Below, piece by piece: positions 1-13,803 of a stretch of 64,000 nucleotides of DNA. Below the pieces are notes generated by a model. It was not told the origin of the DNA. It was given only the letters and a program-made list of their open reading frames with translations, and made no database searches. The DNA comes from Simkaniaceae bacterium. GTDB lineage: Bacteria; Chlamydiota; Chlamydiia; Chlamydiales; Simkaniaceae. The position numbers were made by a program, and so were the translations under genes. The stretch spans positions 1,843 to 65,842 of the forward strand of contig JBFWSA010000005.1 in assembly GCA_050248615.1 (NCBI GenBank), in the 5' to 3' direction. Within the stretch, counting starts at the first letter, position 1. Each line of letters begins with the position of its first letter.

Positions 1-840
1 ACACTCCCCCCCAATCAAGTCGCTATGAATGCAATAGGCAATCTAGAAGTTGCCGAGTATGACTGGTCTTCTGGTTTTCGGTTAGGAGCGGGGTGGCGCT
101 TTACTCCCTACCGCTGGGAATTGGAAGGAAACTATACTTATTACTCTGCGGATGGATCTAATGCAGCCTCTCGCCCCGCTTTACAATCCCTGAACAGTAC
201 CACTCCCGAGTCTACATCTACCGGTCTTGCGCGTGCGCGCAGTCATATAGACTTAAGTTACCAAATGGGAAACTTACTCTTAGCCAAGAAATTCTTGTTA
301 GATAAATATCTCATCATGCGCTATCTGTTTGGTGTCACTGGAGGATGGCTTGAGCAGGATTGGAAAATCCATTATTTTGGAATCGTTCCCCCAACAACAG
401 GACGTAACAATATCACACATATCTCTTGGTCTTTTTGGAATATTGGGCTCCGCACAGGACTTGAAGGAGAATGGTATTTGGGGAAAGGGTTTGGGTTAGC
501 AAGTACATTCACAGCAGCCCTGCTTTACGGACAGTATAAAAATCATTTCCGAGATGAAGTTTTTTCACTCAGTGAACCTCCTTTCAACGTCCAAAACCTC
601 CATAGCAGTGAAAAACGCCTGGTTCCCCACTTCCAGATCTCCTTTGGACCCAAGTACGGAAAAATGTTTGATGCTTGGGGATTCTCCCTCTATGCCCTTT
701 ATGAACTGAATATTTTCCAAAACCTCCATTATGTCTATCGACATCAAGGGGGAAATCTTGGGGATGGAAGAACCAATTTGCATACTAACAGCTTAACAGG
801 TTTACACGGACTCACAGCAGGCGCTGAAGTCAATTTCTAA
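1..840 (+). CDS. outer-membrane beta-barrel porin, MOMP-like paralog (5' end lies outside the window)
   Basis: ORF 25..840 stays open in the same frame back to base 1. It aligns by eye with the C-terminal part of the tandem paralogs at 49514..51667 (GFRLGAGW vs GFKVGAG, aromatic-rich alternating strands) and ends in Phe (AEVNF). Confidence 0.6.
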   Translation, partial: TLPPNQVAMNAIGNLEVAEYDWSSGFRLGAGWRFTPYRWELEGNYTYYSADGSNAASRPALQSLNSTTPESTSTGLARARSHIDLSYQMGNLLLAKKFLLDKYLIMRYLFGVTGGWLEQDWKIHYFGIVPPTTGRNNITHISWSFWNIGLRTGLEGEWYLGKGFGLASTFTAALLYGQYKNHFRDEVFSLSEPPFNVQNLHSSEKRLVPHFQISFGPKYGKMFDAWGFSLYALYELNIFQNLHYVYRHQGGNLGDGRTNLHTNSLTGLHGLTAGAEVNF

Positions 841-856
841 CAACTCGCTTTAATCT

Positions 857-888
857 AAAAAAATCCCCAGGAATTGCTTCCTGGGGAT
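857..888 (-). terminator. rho-independent terminator downstream of rplM-rpsI (possibly bidirectional)
   Basis: Hairpin ATCCCCAGGAA-ttgc-TTCCTGGGGAT (863..888). On the minus strand it is followed by a T-run (A-run 857..862 on plus). It lies between convergent genes. Confidence 0.6.
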
Positions 889-1088
889 TCGTATAAAAAG
901 AAAAGAGAGGTGATTTGTTTACCAAACGTAACCTTGCTTTCGTAAACACTAACTCTAAGATTTCTTATGATTGTTTCCTTCATCCACTCACTAGGAAATA
1001 GCAAACAGGCTATTCCCTTCGCTCGTGTCTAAAGGATCCATTTCATAATGTTCTCTTATCCTCAGCGCTTTCAAAATCGCGCTTACGT

Positions 1089-1484
1089 TTATCGCTTCGA
1101 GAATTGGAAGCGTTTTCTTGCTCCCGCAAGACCATATTTCTTACGTTCGCGCTTACGTGGATCACGCGTGAGAAAGCCTTCCGCTTTTAAAGCAGAACGT
1201 CTATCTTCGTCCTCTTTTACAAGGGCACGTGCAATGCCTAGACGGGCAGCAATCATTTGGCCTTCAATCCCGCCTCCTTTGGCACGAATAATGATATCAT
1301 AGTTGCCTACAAGGCCGAGCTTTTCAAGAGGCGATAAAATCGTCAATTTCTGTAATTCGCCGCCGAAATACTCTTCAAACTTACGACCATTAACGTCGAT
1401 ATTTCCTTTTCCTCTACGGAGTCGTACTGCTGCGATAGCTCGCTTACGTCTTCCTACGCCAATAGTTTCCTTTTTGATCGCCAT
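1089..1484 (-). CDS. rpsI: 30S ribosomal protein S9
   Basis: 131 aa. [12 protein letters not shown] near the N-terminus and the typical C-terminal [10 protein letters not shown]. Confidence 0.95.
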   Translation of the reverse strand: MAIKKETIGVGRRKRAIAAVRLRRGKGNIDVNGRKFEEYFGGELQKLTILSPLEKLGLVGNYDIIIRAKGGGIEGQMIAARLGIARALVKEDEDRRSALKAEGFLTRDPRKRERKKYGLAGARKRFQFSKR

Positions 1485-1503
1485 AATCTCTTTCGTCCTT
1501 CAG

Positions 1504-1953
1504 TTATACTTCTACAGCAACGGGAGTTTGCGCAGCTAAATCGTGTTTTTCACCAGCAAAAATCCGCAGTCTTTTCAGTTGCGCTTTTCCAAGCTTCGTT
1601 TTGGGCATCATTCCTTGCACGGCATGACGAACAATGTATGTAGGCTTACGGTCTTTCATGACGCGATAAGGAATTTCGCGTCTACCACCCATATGGCCCG
1701 TATAATACTGGTAAATCTTTTGCGCTTCCTTTCCGCCAGTCACAACGACTTGCTCAGCATTCACCACAATCACCCCATCTCCATTATCTACATGAGGGGT
1801 AAACGTGACCTTATGCTTTCCTCTAAGAATCTTCGCTATTTCTGATGCGAAACGCCCCAGATTCTTACCTTTAGCATCTAGAATAAGCCAACCTTTTTCT
1901 GCTCTTGCTTCTTCTTTTGTCAGGAGGAAAGTCGTATTCTTTCGCTTTGCCAT
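1504..1953 (-). CDS. rplM: 50S ribosomal protein L13
   Basis: 149 aa. WLILDAKGKNLGRFASEIAKILRGKHK and YYTGHMGG motifs; directly upstream of rpsI as in the conserved operon. Confidence 0.95.
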   Translation of the reverse strand: MAKRKNTTFLLTKEEARAEKGWLILDAKGKNLGRFASEIAKILRGKHKVTFTPHVDNGDGVIVVNAEQVVVTGGKEAQKIYQYYTGHMGGRREIPYRVMKDRKPTYIVRHAVQGMMPKTKLGKAQLKRLRIFAGEKHDLAAQTPVAVEV

Positions 1954-2166
1954 TTCCGTTCATCCTTATTCGATTTGTATTTGAGGTAAAACCATATCCT
2001 TTTTTTTCTTTTTTGCCAAGTCAAGAATAGCAGAATAATGAACTTTTTGATGGCACTAAGCACTCCCTACTGACACTTATTAAATATAATAAATATTGTT
2101 TTAATTCTTTCTGTTAATTATTAAAATTGATATAAACTCGAATAATTAAATAAATCGGAAGAAAAT

Positions 2167-2658
2167 ATGTCAAATTATCTAATATTAGATGCAACAAATT
2201 TATTTACAAGACTTAGTGAAAATACCTCTTTTTACTCAGAAAAAGGGAAAGAGTACTTTTTTTGGGGCGTTGAAAATGGCTCACACTTTCTTTCTCAAAG
2301 CATTGATAAGATCATCCAATCTCTCAGTAAAACATGGAGAGACCAAAAACCGGAGCTTCAAAAAAAGATTTTCACGATCTGGTCCTATGTTAAAAACACG
2401 CCAACACAGCAAGATGACCCTCTCAATATGCTCATTCGAAAAGTGATCTTTGCCTCCCTGATTTCCCTCCCTACAGCTCTCCTATTCAAGGACTATGTCG
2501 ATCGCTCTAATGATACCAGCCTCCCTTCGAGCTTTAGTCTAGTTGGATGCTTTACCCATATTTTCAAATGTTATTTATACGTTTATGTCATGGATAGTGT
2601 GATCAGTTACATAGCGAAACAACTTGATTCAATTGAAAAACAAGAAAACATAGAATAA
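2167..2658 (+). CDS. hypothetical protein
   Basis: 163-aa ORF after a very AT-rich ~200-bp spacer. One hydrophobic segment (VIFASLISLPTALLF). No family recognised. Confidence 0.4.
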   Translation: MSNYLILDATNLFTRLSENTSFYSEKGKEYFFWGVENGSHFLSQSIDKIIQSLSKTWRDQKPELQKKIFTIWSYVKNTPTQQDDPLNMLIRKVIFASLISLPTALLFKDYVDRSNDTSLPSSFSLVGCFTHIFKCYLYVYVMDSVISYIAKQLDSIEKQENIE

Positions 2659-2733
2659 AATAATTGTTATTATTTTATTTAATTACAAATTTCATATAAT
2701 TACGATAAATTCTTATATTACAGGAGAACTAAA

Positions 2734-3177
2734 ATGGCAACCCATATTGCAGATGTAGCCTTTGCAGGAGCAAGAGCAGTCGTTTTTAACTCGAAAGATC
2801 GCGCGGGAAATGCACTCTATGACATGTCATGGTGCGCCCTAGCGATCCCCTTTACGCTGCTAACTAATTATTTTGCCGCAAAAATGTTCACGCCTACCAA
2901 ACCAGAGAAAGAACACCCACTAGGGGCTAAAAAAATTTCTACCCTAGATGATCTAGGAGATGTTGCCTTTAAAACAGCTGTTGCAGCAGCCGCTTTTGCC
3001 CCTATCACTCTCCTCGCTAAACTGGTTGCAGATCAGGCGGGTTACGGTCACTTAAAATCTGTTCAGCAACCTCTAATGCATCAGATGGCAGGAAATGCTA
3101 TCCTTCTCATCGGAGTTGCTTTAGGCTCACACCTCTTAGGGTGCCTTTTTGACTCGCTTGATAACGTCAGCCTCTAA
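2734..3177 (+). CDS. hypothetical membrane protein
   Basis: 147-aa Ala/Leu-rich ORF with several hydrophobic stretches and an AT-rich upstream spacer. No family recognised. Confidence 0.4.
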   Translation: MATHIADVAFAGARAVVFNSKDRAGNALYDMSWCALAIPFTLLTNYFAAKMFTPTKPEKEHPLGAKKISTLDDLGDVAFKTAVAAAAFAPITLLAKLVADQAGYGHLKSVQQPLMHQMAGNAILLIGVALGSHLLGCLFDSLDNVSL

Positions 3178-3229
3178 AATAGTATCGTTATGAGTTGCTC
3201 AAAGGTTGATAAATAGCGCCCCCTTCCCC

Positions 3230-3263
3230 TATACTCAGACATTTTCAAAGTTGGTTGAGTATA
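3230..3263. repeat. short (34 bp) palindromic form of foldback family FB-A
   Basis: TATACTCAGACATTTTCAAAGTTGGTTGAGTATA is a degenerate joined-termini version of the 164-bp FB-A element. It ends 13 nt before the miaB ATG. Confidence 0.6.
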
Positions 3264-3275
3264 TAGGGAGCGACT

Positions 3276-4592
3276 ATGACAACTAAGCCAAAGACTTTCT
3301 TCGTTCGCACGTATGGGTGCCAAATGAATGAGCTCGATTCCGAAATCATGGTGGGGCAACTCGAAAAACGGGGGCTAAAACGGGTACATGATGAGTCGGA
3401 GGGAGACGTCCTTCTCTTTAATACCTGTTCCATTCGAGATCTTGCAGAACGCAAAGTGATGGGAAAAATTGGCCAAATCGGTCGCTCTAAGAAAAAACAG
3501 ATTATCGGGATCACGGGATGTATGGCAATGGCAAAAAAAGAGAGCCTCTTCCGGAAACTCCCCAATGTCGATTTTGTGATTGGTACGAATAATATCACCG
3601 ATTTGGACCTGATTTTAGATCAAGTGATCGAAACGGGGGAAAAACAAATCAAAACGGATGATCAATTTGAAGAAAATCTCAACTATTTAGTTGCCAAACG
3701 GGATGACAAATACAAAGCCCATGTCTCGATTATCCGTGGATGTGATAAGTTTTGTACCTATTGCGTCGTCCCCTACACGCGGGGGCAAGAGGTTTCTCGC
3801 CCTCCAGAGGATATCGAAAGAGAGTGTCGCCTCCTCGCTGAGCAAGGCTACAAAGAGATCACCCTTCTGGGGCAAAATGTCAATAGCTATGGAAAAGATA
3901 AACCCGAATGGCGCGAGCTCTTTCATGATCTTCTCTACCGCTTAGATAACATTGAGGGGATTGAGCGGATCCGTTTCATGACAAGCCATCCGATAGACAT
4001 CACTGTTGACCTCATGCAAGCGATCCGAGACCTCCCCTCTCTTTGTGAGTTTGTCCATTTTCCTATTCAAGCAGGATCCAACAGGATCTTAAAAAAGATG
4101 CACCGGATCTATACGAAGGAGCAATACTTCGAAAAAGTGGATCTTTTGAAAGAGATCGTCCCGAATGTGGCTCTTGGAACCGATATTATTGTAGGATTCC
4201 CCACCGAAACGGAAGAGGAATTCGAAGAGACCCTCGAAGTTTTCCGTCAGATTCGCTATTCGGTCGCTTTCCTCTATACCTATAGCCCCCGCAAAGGAAC
4301 TCCAGCCATGCGGTGGAAAGATGATATCCCCGAACAGATTAAAGAGGAGCGTTTACAAAGACTCATGGCCCTCCATGAATCGCTTTGCGCAGAAGAGCGT
4401 CAAGAGCTACTCGGCAAAGAGGTAGAAGTTTTAGTCGAGCGTCGCAATAGAGATGGTCAATTAAAAGGGCGGACCCGCTGCTGGAAAAAAGTCATTTTCC
4501 CGGGGGAAGAATCCCTCATTGGGACCCTACAAACCGTCAAACTACATAGCTTCAATCACCAAACGCTCATCGGAGAGGTTATACCGAAGTGA
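3276..4592 (+). CDS. miaB: tRNA-2-methylthio-N6-dimethylallyladenosine synthase (radical SAM methylthiotransferase)
   Basis: 438 aa. N-terminal TYGCQMNELDSE, radical-SAM CDKFCTYCVVPYTRG, C-terminal TRAM-like region. Confidence 0.9.
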   Translation: MTTKPKTFFVRTYGCQMNELDSEIMVGQLEKRGLKRVHDESEGDVLLFNTCSIRDLAERKVMGKIGQIGRSKKKQIIGITGCMAMAKKESLFRKLPNVDFVIGTNNITDLDLILDQVIETGEKQIKTDDQFEENLNYLVAKRDDKYKAHVSIIRGCDKFCTYCVVPYTRGQEVSRPPEDIERECRLLAEQGYKEITLLGQNVNSYGKDKPEWRELFHDLLYRLDNIEGIERIRFMTSHPIDITVDLMQAIRDLPSLCEFVHFPIQAGSNRILKKMHRIYTKEQYFEKVDLLKEIVPNVALGTDIIVGFPTETEEEFEETLEVFRQIRYSVAFLYTYSPRKGTPAMRWKDDIPEQIKEERLQRLMALHESLCAEERQELLGKEVEVLVERRNRDGQLKGRTRCWKKVIFPGEESLIGTLQTVKLHSFNHQTLIGEVIPK

Positions 4593-4606
4593 TGGCTCTT
4601 CGGGTA

Positions 4607-5221
4607 TTACATCATCAGCTCATGCCCTCGCTCGGGTTTTGGCCTAGCAAAACCTGCAAGGAAAAGTCCGACGAAAAACCATTGAACTACATAATCAGCC
4701 ATCATGACGAGTGTAAAACGATACCCCGCTCCAAACCAATTCCAATTGGGAACAAGAGCAATGATTCCGGCCAGCAATCCGATCATGGTGACAAAAAAGA
4801 GACGTCCTCCATAAGTCGTATCGATCATCTTCAACATGATAAAACTGACAAAAAATATAGCAACAAACTGCGTGAGAAATGAGTAGATGTAGGGAAGGGG
4901 GCTGCTCATATCCACCCCATTGACTCTCACCTGAGCAAAAACATAAGGACCTTTTTTGAGCGCTGCATCCTGCTGTTTCATCTCGCTTGAAATATCATCA
5001 GGCGTCACATGGAATTGATCTCCCTGAGCATAGGGGGCCATATAGACACCATCCTTCGTGACGTTTTCTTTAATGACCCAAGAAACAAACTCCTGATTCT
5101 GAAATTTATTGATCACTTCGTTATGCCAAGGAAGAACCATCCAGGAAACAAATCCCCAAACAAATGCGATAATCCCTCCAATAATTCCTGCAATAATTGA
5201 CTTAACCATGATAAACCTCAA
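4607..5221 (-). CDS. hypothetical integral membrane protein
   Basis: 204-aa ORF with several clear hydrophobic helices. No family recognised. Confidence 0.5.
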   Translation of the reverse strand: MRFIMVKSIIAGIIGGIIAFVWGFVSWMVLPWHNEVINKFQNQEFVSWVIKENVTKDGVYMAPYAQGDQFHVTPDDISSEMKQQDAALKKGPYVFAQVRVNGVDMSSPLPYIYSFLTQFVAIFFVSFIMLKMIDTTYGGRLFFVTMIGLLAGIIALVPNWNWFGAGYRFTLVMMADYVVQWFFVGLFLAGFARPKPERGHELMM

Positions 5222-5247
5222 AAATACTTTCTAGGGATGGTAGCGCT

Positions 5248-9287
<4,040 letters not shown>

Positions 9288-9433
9288 ACCTACTTCTTAT
9301 AACAAAATTAAAAAAGACTGTCATCAGAATCAAAAAAATGTTTAATATAATTATAAAATAAACTTTTATAATGAAATATTATTAAAATTATATTATAATA
9401 AAACAATCAATTATTTTTTCATTAAGGAAGGAA

Positions 9434-10327
9434 ATGAAAATCGAAAGCTCAGTGAGGCCTTATCTCACCCCACAAACCCTTGCATCTCTCCAGGAATTCT
9501 CGGTAAAACTCCCCCAGGTTTCTATAAAAAACGCCCCAGAGACTCTTCGAGCGATTAGCCCCCTTTTCCTTTACGAATCCCCCTATGATCCTACGGACTC
9601 CTTCATAGATAAGTGTATTAAAACGGTTGTCGCCTCTTTTAAGCTTTTCTCTTATTTCTTCCAAGAAACGCGTCAACTGATAGCCTTTCTTCCCCTTGTT
9701 AAAGAGATCAAACCCGCACTCGAAGCGGAAATCGAAAACTTGGAAAAAGAAGTTTTTTCCCTTCATAACGAAATGCTAGTGCCTGACCGCAAAAGTCCTT
9801 CATGGAATTTTTAGCGTCAAAGTTCCCGGGATTGAGCTGCCGAAAAGCACGCTGTATTAATGCAATACAGTGTACTTTTCGGCGGTTCAATCGCGGGTCT
9901 TTCACGCAAAAATTACTGCAAGGACTTTTGCGGTCAGGCACTAGATACCCTATTTATCATGGAGTATGAGGAAGAAATGTTAAAAGTACTTGGAGGGGAA
10001 TCCCCCACCCTTTCTAAGGAAGCCCTCTTCGAAAAATTTTTAGCATCCTATAGCGCTACTATGGCTGCCCGCAAATATGTCTACCACCAAGGGGAAAAGA
10101 GAGCACTTGATGATCAGGAGACCCAAGCAAAAATACTTGCTAGTTACAGAGAGCACCTTGAAGGGATTTTTGGCCGCCTAGAAGCCCTTCCTAAAGAATC
10201 TACGGAAACGGTCCAAAAAAGAATTCTTTTTGCACACGATCATATTGAGCGCTTGATCAAAAGAAAGACCCAACTCACAGAAACCTCTCAAGCAATCGCT
10301 GAGTTCCTAGAAAGCCCTTTACACTAA
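9434..10327 (+). pseudogene. hypothetical coiled-coil-like gene split by an FB-D foldback element
   Basis: ORFs 9434..9814 and 9860..10327 are in the same frame. The tail of the first (LVPDRKSPSWNF*) and the head of the second (...GQAL) are translations of the inserted element. Removing 165 bp joins ...HNEML to DTLFIMEYEEE. Confidence 0.7.
9777..9943. mobile_element. foldback MITE-like element, family FB-D (167 bp including terminal TA)
   Basis: TAGTGCCTGACCGCAAAAGTCCTT...AAGGACTTTTGCGGTCAGGCACTA; the arms are complementary over almost the whole length. It shares TAGTGCC termini and an AAAGTTCCCG(G/T)GATT block with the element at 39633..39775. Confidence 0.8.
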
Positions 10328-10367
10328 ATTCTTGTTACTTTGTGCTCCTTAGATTAGTATTGTAGGC

Positions 10368-11306
10368 ATGAAAAACCTACTAAAGCTTCTCCTTCTATTT
10401 TTAGTATGTTACCTCCCCTTAGAAGCAAAAGAGTCCAAAAAGAAAGTCTGCTTCATTGTTAATCCTATCTCTGGAGTGGGGAAGCAAAAAAAAATTGAAA
10501 AGCTCATTAAACGCAATTTAAATCTCTCTGAGTTTTCTTACGAAGTTCATTATACAAAAAGACCGAAGCATGCTACCGAACTGAGCCATCGGGCCGTTTT
10601 AGAGGGGGCTCAGATCATCGTTGCTGTCGGTGGGGATGGGTCTGTTAATGAAGTTGCTCAAGGGATGATCGGCTCACAAGTTGCCCTTGCGATCATCCCA
10701 ACGGGATCGGGGAATGGCTTTGCCCGCTACTTTGATATCCCCACAGATCCGGCTGAAGCCATCCAAGTGATCAATGGAATGCATGACCAGTGGATCGATA
10801 CCGTGAAGATTAACCAAGAATCCTATATCGGCGTGGCCGGGATTGGGTTTGATGCAGATGTCAGCCTCGCTTTCTCAACCCTAGAAAAGCGGGGTCCCGC
10901 TTCTTACCTCCGGGTCATTCTCAGTGAACTTCCCAACTACAAACCCCAGAACTATGAGCTCGTTATTGATGGAAAACCTTACAAAGAAAAAGCCTTTTTA
11001 ATCTGTTTTGCGAACTCTAAGCAATATGGAAATAACGCCTTTATCGCCCCCAATGCTCAAATCGATGATGGCTTTTTAGATGTGATCATCTGGAAAGAGT
11101 TTCCTCCCCATGCGGCCCCCAAGCTCGTCCATGATCTCTTTACAAAACATCTGGGAGATTCAAAATATACCCAATCTTTCCGTTGCCAAGAGGTCATCCT
11201 CAAAAAACCGATGCATACCCTCCATATCGACGGCGAACCTATGGATTTTGATGAGGATGTCTACATCCGCATCCTCCCCTCCTCTCTCAAAATCATCACC
11301 CCTTAA
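10368..11306 (+). CDS. lipid kinase, diacylglycerol-kinase catalytic-domain family (YegS/BmrU-like), with N-terminal signal or anchor
   Basis: 312 aa. VCFIVNPISG and GGDGSVNEVAQGM motifs typical of the DAGK catalytic domain; hydrophobic N-terminus. Confidence 0.8.
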   Translation: MKNLLKLLLLFLVCYLPLEAKESKKKVCFIVNPISGVGKQKKIEKLIKRNLNLSEFSYEVHYTKRPKHATELSHRAVLEGAQIIVAVGGDGSVNEVAQGMIGSQVALAIIPTGSGNGFARYFDIPTDPAEAIQVINGMHDQWIDTVKINQESYIGVAGIGFDADVSLAFSTLEKRGPASYLRVILSELPNYKPQNYELVIDGKPYKEKAFLICFANSKQYGNNAFIAPNAQIDDGFLDVIIWKEFPPHAAPKLVHDLFTKHLGDSKYTQSFRCQEVILKKPMHTLHIDGEPMDFDEDVYIRILPSSLKIITP

Positions 11307-11428
11307 CCCTGATTTTCGACCCTATTATTGACAAAAATACCCTGAAAAACAACCCTGAATGGTGAAAATAACCCCTGATTTTCGACCATATATAGCTAAA
11401 GTTGTTTAAATCTCAATAAGAGTTTGGG

Positions 11429-12514
11429 TCACTTTTGAAAGCGATCTAGGGTATAAGTAGTCCCCGCAGAGAGCTGCAAAGGCGTCCCTACTTCATAGAC
11501 ACGTCCCCGATCTCGGGGCCCTTTACGCAGGCGGAACGACTTTAATGGAGATTGAAACTTTAAATAGCAGATCTGATCGGTTTGGGGATGTAGGGAGAGA
11601 CGCCGAATGAGCTTTTTCGTCCATTCGATATCTAGGGTCAAATCCTTGCATTCTACCCCGACAAAACGTCCTGCATGAAGCTCTACCGGAAGACAGGGGA
11701 GTAGGGAAAGCTTGTTTTCCTTCTGTTGAATAAAAAGCTGGCGGATCAGACGGGCCCCTTCCCCTAATAGCATTAAAGGGGATGCCTCCTGCGGAATTTC
11801 ATCTTGCTTAGAAAGAAACCCTTGGTAGTCGGTATCGATAAGTCTCGGGGTAAGTATCCCTTCGAACCCTGCACGAAAAAGACCGATTAAATGGAGTCCT
11901 ATCTCCTCCCGTTTTTTTTGGAGAGCAAGAGTCTCGCAGTGTTTTAGAAGGCGCGCTGTCCCCACATCGAGTTTGGGATGGGGAGGGATATTCTTCCCTA
12001 GCTCAAACCAAATCGGCAAAATCTCCTCAAGATTGAGGCGTCTTTTGACCAGGGTCCAATCTTGCGCTTTGTGACATCCAAAATGGATTTTTTCTTTCAG
12101 TATGTTTGGGAAAGAGCAAGAAGCACTCGGCATGATGAGCTCTTCTTTTCGCTTAAGAATGCGGGTCTCCCCTTCATAGGTAAAGGGAATCCCTTCTTTG
12201 GGGGCCCGTTCTAAAAATAGAATAACTTCATGAGCAGAGGCCACTAACCGATAAGAAAAATATCCTTGAGGCCCTTTCCCCAACACACGTACCCATTGCC
12301 TTTCCAAATCTTGCATCACCGTAAACTGACTTAAAGGTCCCTGGATCGCGCAAGTCACTAAAAAATGATCGCGGCTTCCCTCTGAAAGCAAATTTGTAAA
12401 CTCTATTTGCGTCGGGTAAGCTTTCACTTTCCAAGAACTTTTCGGCAATAGGCAGCTGGTGCCAACCTCATGCGAAAAGGGTCTGTACTTTTCTGTCAGT
12501 TTGATTTTCATCAT
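11429..12514 (-). CDS. hypothetical protein
   Basis: 361-aa ORF immediately downstream of mtaB, overlapping it by 47 nt if the annotated ATG is used. No family recognised. Confidence 0.5.
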   Translation of the reverse strand: MMKIKLTEKYRPFSHEVGTSCLLPKSSWKVKAYPTQIEFTNLLSEGSRDHFLVTCAIQGPLSQFTVMQDLERQWVRVLGKGPQGYFSYRLVASAHEVILFLERAPKEGIPFTYEGETRILKRKEELIMPSASCSFPNILKEKIHFGCHKAQDWTLVKRRLNLEEILPIWFELGKNIPPHPKLDVGTARLLKHCETLALQKKREEIGLHLIGLFRAGFEGILTPRLIDTDYQGFLSKQDEIPQEASPLMLLGEGARLIRQLFIQQKENKLSLLPCLPVELHAGRFVGVECKDLTLDIEWTKKLIRRLSLHPQTDQICYLKFQSPLKSFRLRKGPRDRGRVYEVGTPLQLSAGTTYTLDRFQK

Positions 12515-13727
12515 ATCCTACAAGCCCATCTTTTCGATTTTCTATACATTTTACACGTACCATCTCATTGGGTCTGACCCCTCCTTGTGGAAGATACACC
12601 GGTATAAAATGCTCTGTATGTCCCCGATTTTTTGTTTCTAAAAGGACGGTAAATTCTCTTCCTCGATATTTTTCTCGTAATAGAAACGCCTGCTCTTCAG
12701 CAAGCTGAAGGAGGCGGTGTTTGCGCTCTTCAATGACCTCTCTGGGAACCTTATGGGGCATTCGCGAAGCACGCGTCTTGGGACGGTCACTATAGGGAAA
12801 TAGATGTACCTTTGCAAACTGCACCTCTTTTACAAGATCGAGCGTTTCTTGAAACTCACTTTCTGATTCGCCGGGAAAGCCTACAATGATATCAGTCGTA
12901 AAGGTAAAGTCGGATTCCTGTTTGAGGAGACGCTGGGTCGCTTCCAGAAAATCTTGCTTTGTATATTTCCGCCGCATGCGCTTCAAAGTGAGATTGGATC
13001 CGGATTGCAGGACGATATGCATTGAAGGACACGTCTTCTTCCCTTGAATCACTGCTTCAAGAAGGGCCTCATCGACTTCATCGGGATCGATCGAAGAGAT
13101 CCGAATACGTTCGAGTCCTTCTATTTGATCGACCTGACGTACCAAATCTGCCAGACGGACAGGAGGAGACTCATCTCCATCAAAATCCCCAATATTGATC
13201 CCGGTTAAAACAACTTCTTTGTAGCCATTTTCGACAAGTGTTTCTACTTCACGTAAAATATCAAAAACTTTTTTTGAGCGAGAGCGCCCCCGCACAAAGG
13301 GGATAACGCAGTAGCTACAATAGGAATTACACCCATCTTGGATTTTGACAAAGGCACGGGTATGGGCTTCGAACCGTTCAATCCGGAACTCTGGCCATTC
13401 TTCTTCAGGGAAAACGAGAGATAGAAGATTTTCTTTATTGGGGTTAGTGACCACATGGGTCACTTCGGGAATCCCTTTCAACTTCTCAGCATAACATCCT
13501 GTCACAACGAGGGTTTCTGGACGATTTTCCCGTGCTAGCTTACGGATCTGGTAAAAGGAACGCTTGTCAGCAGAGGCTGTGACTGTACAGGTATTCACAA
13601 TGCAAAGGTCTGCTTTTTCTCCAGGCAAAGCCTCCCGATACCCCTTTTTCAGAAGCTGATCGGAAAAGGCTTGCGATTCATACTGATTCGTACGACACCC
13701 GAGTGTGACAACTTTATATTTCTTCAT
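12468..13727 (-). CDS. mtaB: radical SAM methylthiotransferase, MtaB-like (tRNA ms2t6A)
   Basis: MKKYKVVTLGCRTNQYES N-terminus and radical-SAM CNSYCSYCVIPFVRG. The ORF is open to 13769, but the Met at 13727 matches the family N-terminus. Confidence 0.85.
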   Translation of the reverse strand: MKKYKVVTLGCRTNQYESQAFSDQLLKKGYREALPGEKADLCIVNTCTVTASADKRSFYQIRKLARENRPETLVVTGCYAEKLKGIPEVTHVVTNPNKENLLSLVFPEEEWPEFRIERFEAHTRAFVKIQDGCNSYCSYCVIPFVRGRSRSKKVFDILREVETLVENGYKEVVLTGINIGDFDGDESPPVRLADLVRQVDQIEGLERIRISSIDPDEVDEALLEAVIQGKKTCPSMHIVLQSGSNLTLKRMRRKYTKQDFLEATQRLLKQESDFTFTTDIIVGFPGESESEFQETLDLVKEVQFAKVHLFPYSDRPKTRASRMPHKVPREVIEERKHRLLQLAEEQAFLLREKYRGREFTVLLETKNRGHTEHFIPVYLPQGGVRPNEMVRVKCIENRKDGLVGYDENQTDRKVQTLFA

Positions 13728-13803
13728 GCCCCTGATATTATAGGAAATCTCTTCGTAAAAATACACCAACTCTTTAAAATAGTTAGATACTTAGGAGATT
13801 TTT

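Noticed and set aside
1048-1845. Plus-strand ORFs 1048..1302, 1303..1539 and 1543..1845, and similar antisense ORFs elsewhere (for example 17765..18079, 22750..23145, 45376..45802, 60899..61404)
   Set aside because: They lie entirely antisense to genes with unambiguous family signatures. Their composition is Arg/Ser/Pro-rich shadow-ORF type and they lack RBS context.
12468-12514. The 47-nt overlap between mtaB and the downstream hypothetical gene as a possible programmed frameshift or fusion
   Set aside because: There is no slippery heptamer at the overlap. A mis-assigned (possibly non-ATG) start for the downstream gene is the simpler explanation.
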